Source: Acidimicrobiia bacterium (GTDB lineage: Bacteria > Actinomycetota > Acidimicrobiia > Acidimicrobiales > Aldehydirespiratoraceae). Taken from it: DNA of 64,000 bases. The DNA lies in assembly GCA_024421085.1 (NCBI GenBank), contig JAHQYN010000001.1, positions 5,009-69,008 of the forward strand. The letters run 5' to 3'. Positions within the stretch are counted from its first letter, which is position 1, and the number at the start of each line of letters is the position of its first letter. The notes beneath the pieces were generated by a model. The model was not told the DNA's origin. It worked only from the letters and a program-made list of their open reading frames with translations, and did not search any database. The translations under genes and the position numbers were made by a program. Shown in pieces: positions 52,589 through 62,576 of the stretch.

Positions 52589-52617
52589 CCTAGACCCCGG
52601 CTTGCGCCAGCGGCAGG

Positions 52618-53298
52618 TCAGTGCTCGACAAGGCTCGCCACCTCCGCATCGTCAAGCCGGCGGAAGGCCCTTCGCCCGGTGTCTCGCTGGAGCACCGCGA
52701 TCTCCAGTTCGGCGGGACCCAGGGCTCGGTCGGGACCGCTGAGCGCCGAGACGGCACGGCGCAGGCCGTCGGCGAGCTCCGGTGCCTCGGCGAGTTCGCC
52801 GAAGCGGTCCGAGATGGCCTCGGTCTCGCCGCCGAGCACCACCGACATATCCTCGTCCACCACTGTTCCGTCGTAGAGGATGTGGAACAGCTGGTCACCG
52901 CCGCCGTCGTCCTCGTCTATCTCGGCCACGAGGATCTCCACCTCCATCGGTTTCATCTCGTGAGTGAAGATCTGGCCGAGGATCTGGGCGTACTGGTTGG
53001 CGAGGCTGCGCGCATCGACGTCGCCGCGGCTGAACGCGTATCCCTTCAGGTCTGCGTGGCGCACGCCAGCTATCCGCAGCTGGTCGAACTCGTTGTACTT
53101 GCCGACCCCGGCGAAGGCGATCCGATCGTAGATCTCGCTGACCTTGCGCAGCGTCGAGGACTTGTTCTCGGCACAGATGGCAATACCGTCGACGAAGCAG
53201 AAGGCGATGAGGCTGCGGCCGCGGGCGATGCCCTTGCGCGCGTAGTCGGCACGGTCCTTCATGATCTGTTCGGGGGCCACATAGAAGGGCATGTTCAT
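52618..53298 (-). CDS. prcA: 20S proteasome alpha subunit
   Basis: 226 aa. The start is [29 protein letters not shown]. Confidence 0.9.
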   Translation of the reverse strand: MNMPFYVAPEQIMKDRADYARKGIARGRSLIAFCFVDGIAICAENKSSTLRKVSEIYDRIAFAGVGKYNEFDQLRIAGVRHADLKGYAFSRGDVDARSLANQYAQILGQIFTHEMKPMEVEILVAEIDEDDGGGDQLFHILYDGTVVDEDMSVVLGGETEAISDRFGELAEAPELADGLRRAVSALSGPDRALGPAELEIAVLQRDTGRRAFRRLDDAEVASLVEH

Positions 53299-53308
53299 GA
53301 CGGGTCCC

Positions 53309-54112
53309 TCACTGCGCTCGGCGACGCGCGATCAGCGCGTCGGTACGTTCGGCCAGTTCGTCATCGTCGAGGCGCCGATAACCCTGCGCGGTGATCGTGG
53401 CGACCATCGGATAGATGCCCCGGATCGGATCGGGGCCCCCTGTCGCGGAGTCTTCGTCGGCAGCCTCGAAGAGCGCGGCGATGGCCAGGTCGGTCACGGC
53501 GCCTGAGTCCATTTCGGCTCGATACCCCAACTTCAACACGGTTCCTGCGTGAAGGCTGCCCGAGCCTGTGCAGGCATGCTCGGCCTCCTCGTAGCGTCCG
53601 CCGGTCACGTCATACTCGAACAGGCGCCCCTCGTTGAGTTTCACGTCGTAGCCAGCGAAGATCGGAACGACCACCAGTCCCTGCATCGCTGCGGGCAGGT
53701 TTTGGCGGACCATCTGCCCGAGTTGGTTGGCCTTGCCCTCAAGGCTCAACGCCTCACCCTCGACCTTCTCATAATGTTCCAGCTGCAGCTGGAACAGCCG
53801 CACCATCTCGACGGCCGGGCCCGCTGCGCCGGCGATGGCGACTCCGCTGTGCCGGTCGGCCGCAAAGACCTTCTCGATGCTGCGATGGCTGATCAGGTTC
53901 CCCGAGGTGGCCCGGCGATCACCTGCGAGCAGCACACCGTCGGTGTAGCGCAGCGCAACACAGGTGGTGCCGTGCCGATAGTCCACAGCTGGGATCTTGG
54001 CATCCGCGCAGGAGCCTCCGGTCGAAGCCTGGTTCTCGAAGCCGCTCCGCCTCAGCAGTTCCGCGAAGTTGGGGCCGGGATCGTCGGGTGGTCGAAACAG
54101 CGGCAGGTTCAC
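53309..54112 (-). CDS. prcB: 20S proteasome beta subunit (with propeptide)
   Basis: 267 aa. The HGTTCVALRYTDGVLLAGDRR active-site Thr context is present. Confidence 0.9.
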   Translation of the reverse strand: MNLPLFRPPDDPGPNFAELLRRSGFENQASTGGSCADAKIPAVDYRHGTTCVALRYTDGVLLAGDRRATSGNLISHRSIEKVFAADRHSGVAIAGAAGPAVEMVRLFQLQLEHYEKVEGEALSLEGKANQLGQMVRQNLPAAMQGLVVVPIFAGYDVKLNEGRLFEYDVTGGRYEEAEHACTGSGSLHAGTVLKLGYRAEMDSGAVTDLAIAALFEAADEDSATGGPDPIRGIYPMVATITAQGYRRLDDDELAERTDALIARRRAQ

Positions 54113-54179
54113 CTTGCGCTGCTCCAGTTCGTCGAGACCCCGAATCGCCTGCTGGGCTGCGTCGCAGAGCTTGGACGCC

Positions 54180-54374
54180 TCACTGGCCGCCCTTTTGGAT
54201 GTAGCTCTTCACGAAGTCCTCGGCATTGGACTCGAGCACCTCGTCTATCTCGTTGAGAAGGTCGTCGAGCTCCGCCTTGATCTCCTCGCTCCGTTCGGTC
54301 GCGGCGGGTGATGCCTGCTCGGCAGGTTCGCGTTCGACCGGCGCAGGCTTGCGCCTCTGTTCGCGTTCAGCCAT
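54180..54374 (-). CDS. pup: Prokaryotic ubiquitin-like protein Pup (C-terminal GGQ)
   Basis: 64 aa. It ends in ...FVKSYIQKGGQ and is located between dop and prcB. Confidence 0.9.
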   Translation of the reverse strand: MAEREQRRKPAPVEREPAEQASPAATERSEEIKAELDDLLNEIDEVLESNAEDFVKSYIQKGGQ

Positions 54375-54389
54375 TCACATCTCCCTTCA

Positions 54390-55898
54390 TCAGGACCCCA
54401 ACCGCCGGAGGAGCTCCGTGGCTGAGTCGCAGTCTTCGAACAAGCTACCCACATGGGCCTCGGTACCGCGCAACGGTTCCATCATCGGCACCCTGCGGAG
54501 GGCGTCTGAGCCCACGTCGAAGACGAGCGAGTCCCAGTTGGCGGCCACCACAGCAGCGGAGAACTGCTGGAGGCAGCGGCCGCGGAAATAGGCGCGGGTG
54601 TCGACCGGCGGTTCGCTCATCGCCGTGACCGCCTGGGAGTCATCGACGATCGTCTCCAAACCGACCCGCGCGGCCAGGGAGCGCTCCGGGCGCATGTCGT
54701 GGTACTGGATGTCGAGCGCCCGCAGCCGGGGATTCCCCCAGTCGAGCCCGTGGCGTTCCCGGTAACCCTCGATGAGACGGTACTTTGCGACCCAGTCCAG
54801 TTGCGATGCGAGGCTCATGGGGTCGACTTCGAGACCTGCGAGCACGGACTCCCAGCGGTCGAGGACCTCCGTGGCGACCGTTCCACCAAGATTGTCCGAA
54901 CCGTTGGTCTCCACGTACTTGCGGCACTGTCCATGGAGTTCCCATTGGATCTCCAGCGCGGTCGCGGTCTTGCCGTTGACCAACTCGAGGGGCGTAGAGA
55001 GGGTTGGATCGTGAGACACCGCGCGGATCGCGGCCACCGGAGCAGCGAAGAGGAACTCACGGCCGAAAGCGTCGTCTTCAATCAGGGCCAGCACCAGGGC
55101 GGTGGTACCGACCTTGAGGAACGTCGACACCTGTGAGGGGTTCGAGTCGCCCACGATCACATGGAGTCGACGGTACTTGCGGGCATCAGCGTGGGGCTCA
55201 TCGCGGGTGTTGATGATCGGGCGCTTCAAGGTGGTCTCCAGGCCGACCTCCTCCTCGAAGAAGTCGGCGCGCTGGGTGAGTTGGTAGGGCACTTCGTCGG
55301 TGCTCTGGCCGGGCGCCTCGGAACCGACCTTGCCCGCTCCAGTGAAGATCTGCCGGGTTGTGAAATGGCTGGTGCAGCCGCTCACGATGCGCCCGAAGGG
55401 GGTTGCCCGGTCGACCAGATAGTTCTCATGGCAGCCGTAGCTGTTGCCCTTCCCGTCGCTGTTGTTCTTGTAGAGCACGATCTCCTGGTCGGGTGGCAGG
55501 ATCGCCTTGGCCGCGGCCATCGAGCGTTGGGCGATCAACTCGGCGGCCCGGTCATACAGGACCGCACTGCGGGCGTCTGCACATTCGGGTGTGGAGATCT
55601 CGGGGTGGGCATGGTCGACGTAGTAGCGGGCGCCGTTGGTCAGCACCGCGTTGACAAGGTGGGTCTCGACGTCGGGAGGCATTGAGGCGGTCGAGGCGCA
55701 GCCCCTGGCATCTAGACCCGGCGTCTCATCGGTGAAGTCCCAGTGGACTGTGTCGCTGCCGCCTTCGCTGCGGTATCCCGCGTCGCGGAGGTAGGCGTTG
55801 ATGAGCACCGAGGAGGCCGCGATCGGGTTGGGGTCGCCGCTGCAGCGGTGGACTATCCCGTATTCGGTCTCGATGCCGATGGTCTTTGGTATCGACAT
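54390..55898 (-). CDS. dop: Pup deamidase/depupylase Dop
   Basis: 502 aa. It has IGIETEYG and GCHENYL, and is the PafA paralogue directly upstream of pup. Confidence 0.9.
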   Translation of the reverse strand: MSIPKTIGIETEYGIVHRCSGDPNPIAASSVLINAYLRDAGYRSEGGSDTVHWDFTDETPGLDARGCASTASMPPDVETHLVNAVLTNGARYYVDHAHPEISTPECADARSAVLYDRAAELIAQRSMAAAKAILPPDQEIVLYKNNSDGKGNSYGCHENYLVDRATPFGRIVSGCTSHFTTRQIFTGAGKVGSEAPGQSTDEVPYQLTQRADFFEEEVGLETTLKRPIINTRDEPHADARKYRRLHVIVGDSNPSQVSTFLKVGTTALVLALIEDDAFGREFLFAAPVAAIRAVSHDPTLSTPLELVNGKTATALEIQWELHGQCRKYVETNGSDNLGGTVATEVLDRWESVLAGLEVDPMSLASQLDWVAKYRLIEGYRERHGLDWGNPRLRALDIQYHDMRPERSLAARVGLETIVDDSQAVTAMSEPPVDTRAYFRGRCLQQFSAAVVAANWDSLVFDVGSDALRRVPMMEPLRGTEAHVGSLFEDCDSATELLRRLGS

Positions 55899-55924
55899 TG
55901 AGCCGACCCTACCGGTCCCGCCTC

Positions 55925-57136
55925 CTATTCGGCCCGCTGGCAGGCACAGCCCCGCTGGCCGGCACAGCCCCGCTGGTCAACACAGCCCCGCTGGCCGGCA
56001 CAGCCCCGCTCGTCAACATAGCAACGACGGTACCTGGTCCCGAGCGCGGCGAGGACCTCGTGGGGGATCGTGCCGGCCCGCTGCGCGACCTCGTCGATCG
56101 GGGCCCTGTCGCCGATCAGTTCGACCTCGGCGCCGCATCGGAGCTCCGACTCGGCGACAGCGCTGACGTCGAGTGTGATCAGGTCCATGGAGACGCGGCC
56201 GACGACCGGCACCGGCACTGAGCCGAGGTAGGCGACCCCGGCATTGGAGGCGGCACGAAAGTAGCCGTCCGCGTAGCCGACCGGGACCGTGGCGACCCGG
56301 CCGGGCCGGTCGAAGCTGCGGGTGGCGCCGTAGCCGACGGCATCGCCGGGGCCCACACTGCGGACCTGCAGGATAGGCGCTGTGACTGAGACCACCTGAC
56401 GCATCGGGTTGCCGCTGCCGGCGCAGGGGTTGCCGCCGTAGAGCGCGACCCCGGGACGGGCGAGGTCGAAGTGGTAGGCCGGACCCAGAAAGATCCCGGC
56501 CGAGTTGGCCAGCGACGCGGTGCCCGTCGACAGGCACCTGCGGTGAGCCTCGAACCGTCTCAACTGCTGTGCGCTCTGGGGGCTGTCGGCGATGTCTGCC
56601 GACGCGAGGTGACTCATCACATGCACCACCTCGAGCGGGTCGAGCCGCCAGGGTTCGTCGAGCAGCACCGCCGTCTCGTTTGCGCCGAGGCCGGTCCGGT
56701 TCATGCCGGTGTCGAGGTGGATCGTCGCTCGCAGCTTCTGCTGACGCTGCTTCGCGGCACCGGCCCAGCGGTCGATCTGTTCGAGGCTGTTGAGCACCGG
56801 GATCACCGAGAGCTCGATCAAGTCGTCGGTCGTGCCATCCAGCGCGCCGCTGAGCACCTGGATCTCAATGTCTTCGAGAGCTTGACGGTCTCCTGGAAAG
56901 CGACGGCCTTGCGGAGCGTGGCGGTCTCCCAGAGCTTGACGCAACTGTTCGGCCTCGGCGAGCTGTGCGACGAAGAAACGGCGGCAACCCTGTTCTGTGA
57001 GCGCTCTCGACACCTCGACGGCGCCCAGGCCGTAGCCGTCGGCTTTCACCACCGCCGCGGCCTCGACTCCGTTGAGCTGCTCGCAGATGACCCGGTAGTT
57101 GGTCTTGAGTCTCCCGAGGTCGATGGTGAGGTTCAC
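55925..57136 (-). CDS. alr: Alanine racemase with a repeat-encoded Cys-containing C-terminal extension
   Basis: AAVVKADGYGLG is the PLP-lysine motif. The GTG at 57136 abuts the gdh stop, whereas the longer ORF to 57328 overlaps gdh. The tail is RGCAGQRGCVDQRGCAGQRGCACQRAE. Confidence 0.85.
   Translation of the reverse strand: MNLTIDLGRLKTNYRVICEQLNGVEAAAVVKADGYGLGAVEVSRALTEQGCRRFFVAQLAEAEQLRQALGDRHAPQGRRFPGDRQALEDIEIQVLSGALDGTTDDLIELSVIPVLNSLEQIDRWAGAAKQRQQKLRATIHLDTGMNRTGLGANETAVLLDEPWRLDPLEVVHVMSHLASADIADSPQSAQQLRRFEAHRRCLSTGTASLANSAGIFLGPAYHFDLARPGVALYGGNPCAGSGNPMRQVVSVTAPILQVRSVGPGDAVGYGATRSFDRPGRVATVPVGYADGYFRAASNAGVAYLGSVPVPVVGRVSMDLITLDVSAVAESELRCGAEVELIGDRAPIDEVAQRAGTIPHEVLAALGTRYRRCYVDERGCAGQRGCVDQRGCAGQRGCACQRAE
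55931..56016. repeat. 18-bp tandem repeat (cacagccccgctggccgg), about 4.8 units, at the alr 3' end
   Basis: Units are at 55945, 55963, 55981 and 55999, plus a partial unit at 55931. Confidence 0.9.
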
Positions 57137-58404
57137 GGGAATATGCCGCGCAGCCGGTAGACCTTCTGCAGCAGGGTCGCAGCCTCGATGTAGGCGGCAC
57201 GTCGCCAACTGCACCCCTGTACTTTGCGGACTGCCCCGACGCGGTCCGAGGCATCCCAGATGGCGTCGCGGAGGCGGGAGTCTATGTCGTGGGCCGTCCA
57301 GCGGCTGCTCGTCTTGTTCTGGACCCACTCGTAGTAGGAGACGACCACCCCGCCGGCGTTGGCGAGGATGTCTGGAATCACGTTCACACCGGCTTGCTCG
57401 AGAAGGTCTGAGGCCTCGTTGGTCACGGGGCCGTTGGCCGCCTCCACGATGGTGCGGGCGCGGATGCTTCCGACGTTGTCAGTGGTGATCTGCGATTCCA
57501 GCGCGGCGGGAACCAGGACATCGACATCGAGTGCGAAGAACTCCTCGCTGGAGATCGTGTCGCATTCGGTGAATCCCGCGATTGTGCGGTGACGCGATGC
57601 GTGGTGCATCAGCGCTGCGACGTCGAGCCCCTCGGGGTGGTAGACCGCGCCGCTCTTGTCGGCTACGGCGACGACGTCCATGTTGAGCTCGGCAAGCGCC
57701 TCGGCCGCGTGCGACCCGACATTGCCGAATCCCTGGATGGCAGCGCTCTGGTGGCGCAGGGAGCGGTCGAGCTGGCCGTAGAGGTGGCGCAGCGCGTAGG
57801 CCGCGCCGCGCCCGGTCGCGGCCTCGCGGCCGAGGCTCCCTCCCAACTCCACAGGCTTGCCCGTCACCACGCGGCGGGCGTTCTGCCTCTCGCCCGGGCC
57901 GCGCGAGTTGAGGTAGGTGTCCATCATCCAGCCCATGGTCTGGGCGTCGGTTCCCATGTCGGGGGCGGGGATGTCGAACTCGGGACCGATGTTCTCGCCG
58001 AGCGCGTGGGTGAAGCGCCTGACCACCCTCTCAAGTTCAGCGTGGCTGAATCTCTTCGGGTCGATGGAGACGCCGCCCTTGGCCCCGCCGAAAGGCAGAT
58101 TGAGCAGCGCGCACTTGAAGGTCATCCAGGTGGCGAGCGCCCGCGACTCGTTGAGGTCCATGCCCTGATGGAATCGCATTCCTCCTTTGAATGGCCCGAG
58201 CACGTTGTTGTGCTGGATGCGGTACCCCTGAAGAACCACATGTTCGCCGTCGTCACGCTCGATCGGGAAGTTGACGATGAGCTCGTTCATCGGCCGCAGC
58301 AGGACGCGACGAACCTTCTGGTCCATGTCGATCGCCGTGGCAGCATCCTCGACGTTTGCCGTCGCCTCCCGGTAGAGGCGGGTTGAACTCGCGGAGACGG
58401 TCAC
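57133..58404 (-). CDS. gdhA: Glutamate dehydrogenase (Glu/Leu/Phe/Val dehydrogenase family)
   Basis: 423 aa. It has LNLPFGGAKGGV, a Rossmann motif GFGNVG, and VSYYEWVQN. Confidence 0.9.
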   Translation of the reverse strand: MTVSASSTRLYREATANVEDAATAIDMDQKVRRVLLRPMNELIVNFPIERDDGEHVVLQGYRIQHNNVLGPFKGGMRFHQGMDLNESRALATWMTFKCALLNLPFGGAKGGVSIDPKRFSHAELERVVRRFTHALGENIGPEFDIPAPDMGTDAQTMGWMMDTYLNSRGPGERQNARRVVTGKPVELGGSLGREAATGRGAAYALRHLYGQLDRSLRHQSAAIQGFGNVGSHAAEALAELNMDVVAVADKSGAVYHPEGLDVAALMHHASRHRTIAGFTECDTISSEEFFALDVDVLVPAALESQITTDNVGSIRARTIVEAANGPVTNEASDLLEQAGVNVIPDILANAGGVVVSYYEWVQNKTSSRWTAHDIDSRLRDAIWDASDRVGAVRKVQGCSWRRAAYIEAATLLQKVYRLRGIFP

Positions 58405-58444
58405 GCACTTCCCTTCTGTTCGGGTCCTTGGCTGTCGGACGGGG

Positions 58445-60241
58445 TTACAGGTACTGCCCCGGCGTCACCGAGTCGATCGACTTGCCGCCCGTGCTCACTT
58501 CATTGGAGTGGGCCAGCGTGCGCACATAGACGATCGGCTCGCCCTTCTTGCCGGAGATCTTGGCCCAGTCGTCGGGGTTGGTGGTGTTGGGGAGGTCCTC
58601 ATGCTCCCTGAACTCCTGGCGGATCGAGGCCAACAGGTCTTCTGTGCGGACTCCGCGGGTGCCGCCGGAGATCTCCCGCTTGATGGCGAGCTTCTTGGCT
58701 CGACGCACCACGTTCTCGATCATCGCCCCAGAGGAGAAGTCCTTGAAGTACATGACCTCCTTGTCGCCGTTCTGGTAGGTGACCTCCAAGAACCGGTTCT
58801 CGGCGTCGGTATTGTACATCTCGCGCACCGTCTCCTCGATCATGGCCTGGATCGCCTTGTCGATCTCGCCCCCGCCCCGGGCCTCGATCGCAGCCTCGTC
58901 GATGGGCACATCGGCTGTGAGGTACCGCGAGAAGATCGGCACTGCGGCCTCGGCGTCGGGGCGTTCGATCTTGATCTTCACGTCGAGGCGTCCGGGACGC
59001 AGGATCGCAGGGTCGATCAGGTCCTCGCGGTTCGACGCGCCGATCACGATCACGTTGCGCAGAGCCTCCACGCCGTCGATCTCGGCAAGCAGCTGGGGAA
59101 CGATTGTGGACTCGATGTCGGAGCTGATACCGCTGCCGCGGGTTCGGAACAGCGACTCCATCTCGTCGAAGAAGACGATCACCGGCCAGCCCTGTTCGCT
59201 CTTCTCTCGGGCACGTTGGAACACCAGCCGGATCTGGCGCTCGGTCTCGCCCACGTACTTGTTGAGCAGTTCGGGGCCCTTGATGTTCAAGAAGAAGCTG
59301 CGTGCCTCGCTGTCGCCGGACACTTCAGCGACCTTGGTGGCCAGACTGTTGGCGACCGCTTTGGCGATCAGCGTCTTGCCGCAGCCGGGAGGGCCGTAGA
59401 GCAGTATCCCCTTGGGGGCCGGGAGGTCGTAGTCCGCGAACAGCGCGGCGTGGACGAACGGCAACTCGACCGCGTCGGTGATCTCCTCGATCTGCGCGTC
59501 GAGCCCGCCGACGTCCGCGTAGGACACGTCTGGCACCTCTTCGAGGATCAGATTCTCAACTTCGGGCCGGGGCAGCCGTTCCAGCACGATGCCGGCGCGA
59601 GGATCGATGAGGAGGGTGTCGCCGCTGCGCAGCGGCGCTTGGCGGACCGCGTCGCCCAACTCGACCACACGCTCCTCATCGGCGCGTCCGATTATCAACG
59701 CTCGCGTGTCGCCGTCGAGCAGTTCCTTGAGGATGGCCACCTCGCCTGAACGGTCGGGCCCGCATGCGAGGACCACGTTGAGCGACTCGTTGAGCACTAC
59801 TTCTTGACCTCGGGCCAGTTCCCCTGAGAGTTCTGGCTTCACCGCCACCCGCATCTTGCGGCCACCGGCATGCACATCTACGGTGCCGTCGTCGTTGACG
59901 TTGAGCACGGTCCCGTAACCCGACGGCGGCTGGCTCAACTTGGAGACTTCGTCGCGCAGCTTGGCGATGTGCTCGCGGGCCTCGCGCAGCGTGTAGGCGA
60001 GCTTCTCGTTGTGCGACACGGCTGCTTCGAGCTGTGAGCGGGTCTTCTTCAGACGCGCCTCGAGCCCGGCGACCAGATCGTGCCGCGCCCGCGAGCCGGA
60101 GGCATCGAGCGGGTAGGCGTCGGGCCCGCGGCTGTGGGTTGCCTCTCGGAGCTGCCGCCGCAGTTCGGTGAGTTCGTCCTCGAGTTCGGCCAAGCGCATC
60201 CGGAGTCGATTGGTCTCAGCCTCCGGCTCTGAGTTCTCCAC
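58445..60241 (-). CDS. arc: Proteasome-associated AAA ATPase ARC/Mpa
   Basis: The GTG at 60241 is preceded by GGAGGA. It has an N-terminal coiled coil, Walker A GPPGCGKT, and a C-terminal ...GQYL proteasome-docking motif. The ORF extension to 60514 is rejected. Confidence 0.9.
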   Translation of the reverse strand: MENSEPEAETNRLRMRLAELEDELTELRRQLREATHSRGPDAYPLDASGSRARHDLVAGLEARLKKTRSQLEAAVSHNEKLAYTLREAREHIAKLRDEVSKLSQPPSGYGTVLNVNDDGTVDVHAGGRKMRVAVKPELSGELARGQEVVLNESLNVVLACGPDRSGEVAILKELLDGDTRALIIGRADEERVVELGDAVRQAPLRSGDTLLIDPRAGIVLERLPRPEVENLILEEVPDVSYADVGGLDAQIEEITDAVELPFVHAALFADYDLPAPKGILLYGPPGCGKTLIAKAVANSLATKVAEVSGDSEARSFFLNIKGPELLNKYVGETERQIRLVFQRAREKSEQGWPVIVFFDEMESLFRTRGSGISSDIESTIVPQLLAEIDGVEALRNVIVIGASNREDLIDPAILRPGRLDVKIKIERPDAEAAVPIFSRYLTADVPIDEAAIEARGGGEIDKAIQAMIEETVREMYNTDAENRFLEVTYQNGDKEVMYFKDFSSGAMIENVVRRAKKLAIKREISGGTRGVRTEDLLASIRQEFREHEDLPNTTNPDDWAKISGKKGEPIVYVRTLAHSNEVSTGGKSIDSVTPGQYL

Positions 60242-60453
60242 GCTTCCTCCTGGTTCGCCTCGGCGCCACCCTAGACGCTGGTGCGGCGCTCGTGCGGTTG
60301 CATCTGCGCCAGTCGACGGGAGCACTGTCGCCCCGCCTCGAAAAAATACTGCAGATCCGGGTCGAAGGCGGGGCATTGGGCCGATATGCTCTGTCCAGTG
60401 AAACTCACCAGCGCGGGTTGCACCCGCGTCTACACACGAGGTCGCGACGAGTA

Positions 60454-60687
60454 ATGAAGGTTTGGATCGATCAGGATCTGTGCACTGGAGACGGTCTTTG
60501 TGAAGAGATCGCACCCGACGTCTTCACGCTTCTAGACGACGGTCTCGCCTACGTCAGGGAAGGCGACACGATCTTCTCAGACCCCGGTGGCCCCGACGGT
60601 CTTGCTGTGGTTCCAGCGGGCCAGGAGGAGGCGACCATCGAGTCCGCCGAGGAGTGCCCCGGCGAGTGCATATTCATCGAGGTCTGA
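60454..60687 (+). CDS. Small single-cluster ferredoxin
   Basis: 77 aa from the ATG at 60454. It has the CTGDGLC...ECPGEC cysteine pattern. Confidence 0.75.
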   Translation: MKVWIDQDLCTGDGLCEEIAPDVFTLLDDGLAYVREGDTIFSDPGGPDGLAVVPAGQEEATIESAEECPGECIFIEV

Positions 60688-60707
60688 TTTTCATCGAGGT
60701 CTGATTT
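60674..60707. repeat. Perfect 17-bp tandem duplication (tcatcgaggtctgattt x2) spanning the ferredoxin stop codon
   Basis: Copies at 60674-60690 and 60691-60707. Confidence 0.9.
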
Positions 60708-60722
60708 TCGCTGCTCGACTCC

Positions 60723-61514
60723 TCAGCGGGGGTTCTGCTCGCTCAGGAGTCTGGCGCTGGTCAAGAACCCGGTGTGGGCGACCATGCGATGGTCGGGCCG
60801 CACGGCCCGGTCCTCGACATGCCAGCCGCGGTTGAGCACCTCCATCGTCTGGGCCAAACCGAACCGTGACCGCTCGAGGCAGGCGCGCAACTGCGCGACC
60901 TGCATCATGCTCGGCGTGTAGGCCACGAAGATCCCGCCCGGACGCAACGCCTCCTGTGCGTGGGGCACCACCTGCCATGGTTCGGGAAGGTCGAGGACCA
61001 CACGGTCGAGGCCTGTTTCGCTGATGCCCTCATAGACGTCGCGGACGCTGGTGTCGTAGCGGTCGAGCACGCCGGGCCCGAGGAATCGGCTGACGTTGGT
61101 GATTGCTCGGTGGCGGAAGTCCTCACGGATCTCGTAACCGGTGATGTGGGCGCCCGCGCGCAGCATCGCGGTGGACAGTGCTCCGCTCCCCAGGCCCGAC
61201 TCCAGCACGCGGGCACCAGCAAACACGTCGGCCAGGATCAGGATCGGGCCGATGTCCTTGGGATAGATGACCTGCGCGCCGCGCGGCATCTTCAACACGA
61301 AGTCGGTGATCGTCGGTCTGAGCGCTATGAAGCTCATCCCCCTCGTCGACCGGAAGCGGCCGCCCTCGTCGGAACCGATGAGCTGATCGTGGCTCAGTAC
61401 TCCGCTGTGGGAGTGGAACTCCCCTCCGGCCTCGAGGTCGATGAGGTAGCGGCGCTGCTTACGGTCGATCAGCAGCACCGGTTCGCCTGCGGCGAGCGGC
61501 CCGCGTGCAGTCAC
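60723..61514 (-). CDS. trmI: tRNA (adenine58-N1)-methyltransferase TrmI
   Basis: It has VLESGLGSGALSTAML (the SAM motif) and HSGVLSHDQLIG, and neighbours arc as in mycobacteria. The GTG at 61514 is preferred over the start at 61553, which overlaps the upstream ORF. Confidence 0.8.
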   Translation of the reverse strand: MTARGPLAAGEPVLLIDRKQRRYLIDLEAGGEFHSHSGVLSHDQLIGSDEGGRFRSTRGMSFIALRPTITDFVLKMPRGAQVIYPKDIGPILILADVFAGARVLESGLGSGALSTAMLRAGAHITGYEIREDFRHRAITNVSRFLGPGVLDRYDTSVRDVYEGISETGLDRVVLDLPEPWQVVPHAQEALRPGGIFVAYTPSMMQVAQLRACLERSRFGLAQTMEVLNRGWHVEDRAVRPDHRMVAHTGFLTSARLLSEQNPR

Positions 61515-61527
61515 TCGGCGGGCCGCT

Positions 61528-61773
61528 TCAGCTCGGCTCGACGTGGCGCACAACGAGCGTCTCGCCCGGTGCCAGCTGCTCGGAGAACTTCACTGGCAGG
61601 TCTCCCTTTTTCAGGACTCGCAGCAGCCATCGCCCCACGAGGCGAGCGACGAAGACCGTCGTCCAGAAGCGGGAGCCGCCGAGCAGACCTTTGCGAAAGC
61701 TCTTGACCGCGACGGTCTCCAACAGAGTGCTCAAACCGAATCGGCCCACGGGATCAGATCCTTCGGATCTCAA
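61528..61773 (-). CDS. Hypothetical small protein (weak call)
   Basis: 81-aa ORF in series with two small membrane-protein genes. I recognise no motif. Confidence 0.3.
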   Translation of the reverse strand: MRSEGSDPVGRFGLSTLLETVAVKSFRKGLLGGSRFWTTVFVARLVGRWLLRVLKKGDLPVKFSEQLAPGETLVVRHVEPS

Positions 61774-61975
61774 CTACCGTCGAGCGGGCGGTTCCGACCC
61801 GCCGCCCCAGAAAGTAGGCGATAACGAGCAGCACGACCCCGGCGCCGACTGCCGCGGGCAGCAGGCGCCGGGCGCTGTCTGCGGCTTTCTGCTCGACTTG
61901 CCCGACCACCGAACGCAGGGTGGCGTCGATGTCGTCGCGAGTGATCTTGTCTTGCGACGCGGCTGCATCTGACAT
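61754..61975 (-). CDS. Small single-TM protein
   Basis: The Met at 61975 (MSDAAASQDKITRDD...) overlaps the upstream stop (TGATG). The TM helix is LLPAAVGAGVVLLVIAYFLG. Confidence 0.4.
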   Translation of the reverse strand: MSDAAASQDKITRDDIDATLRSVVGQVEQKAADSARRLLPAAVGAGVVLLVIAYFLGRRVGTARSTVVEIRRI

Positions 61976-62343
61976 CAGAGTGTCCTCTTTCGTATCTGTC
62001 GAACCAGTGCCGCAAGGATCACGATCAAGCCGAGCAGGGTGATCCCGTGAGGCACCCAACTCAGGTTGCCGCTGAAGACGGTCCCGGTTTCTTCTTGCAG
62101 CACCCTCAATGTCGCGATGGTCAGCGAGATCCCGGCGACCATCAACAGAGTGGAACCGAGTACGCCGAAGGCGATCCATCGGGGGATGGGTCGAAGCGGT
62201 TCAAGGAGTTCCTGGCGCGCGTACTCCTTGACAAGATCGTAGAAGTCGCCCGGTCCCAATCGTTGTGCCATCGGTGCGTAGCCTACGCGCCGCAACCACA
62301 TCCTGAAACCACACCCCCGTTTCGCCTCTCTCAGACCGCCCAC
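61975..62343 (-). CDS. Small membrane protein with 2 TM helices (resembles actinobacterial holin-X-like or stress-cluster proteins)
   Basis: 122-aa ORF. TM candidates are WIAFGVLGSTLLMVAGISLTIA and ITLLGLIVILAALV. Confidence 0.45.
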   Translation of the reverse strand: MGGLREAKRGCGFRMWLRRVGYAPMAQRLGPGDFYDLVKEYARQELLEPLRPIPRWIAFGVLGSTLLMVAGISLTIATLRVLQEETGTVFSGNLSWVPHGITLLGLIVILAALVRQIRKRTL

Positions 62344-62345
62344 GC

Positions 62346-62576
62346 GCCGCCCGCAGCGCCGGCAACACCAGCGACGCCTCCACGCTGCCGGCGGTGCTCG
62401 ACGATCTCGCCAGAAGGTTCGCGGTCGGGAGGATCTGCGTGGTCGCTGACCGGGGCCTCATCTCAGCGGCCAACGTCGCCGCAGTGGCCGCCGCCGGGTT
62501 CGACCAGGTGCTCGCGACCAGGCTGCGCCGCGACCGCACCACCGCGCAGGCCCTCGAAACCCTCACCCCGACCTAA
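62346..62576 (+). mobile_element. Short remnant (about 75 codons) of an IS1634/IS4-like transposase
   Basis: In-frame translation gives AGNTSDASTLPAVLDDLARRFAVGRICVVADRGLISAANVAAVAAAGFDQVLATRL. This matches the conserved GNTxDxxTL...VxDRGMxSxxNL block of that family. No ends or intact gene are present. Confidence 0.55.

Noticed and set aside
60242-60514. 91-codon N-terminal extension of arc, and the analogous extension of alr to 57328.
   Set aside because: For arc, the extension precedes a GGAGGA-GTG start that matches the usual Mpa N-terminus. For alr, the extension would overlap gdh by ~195 nt.
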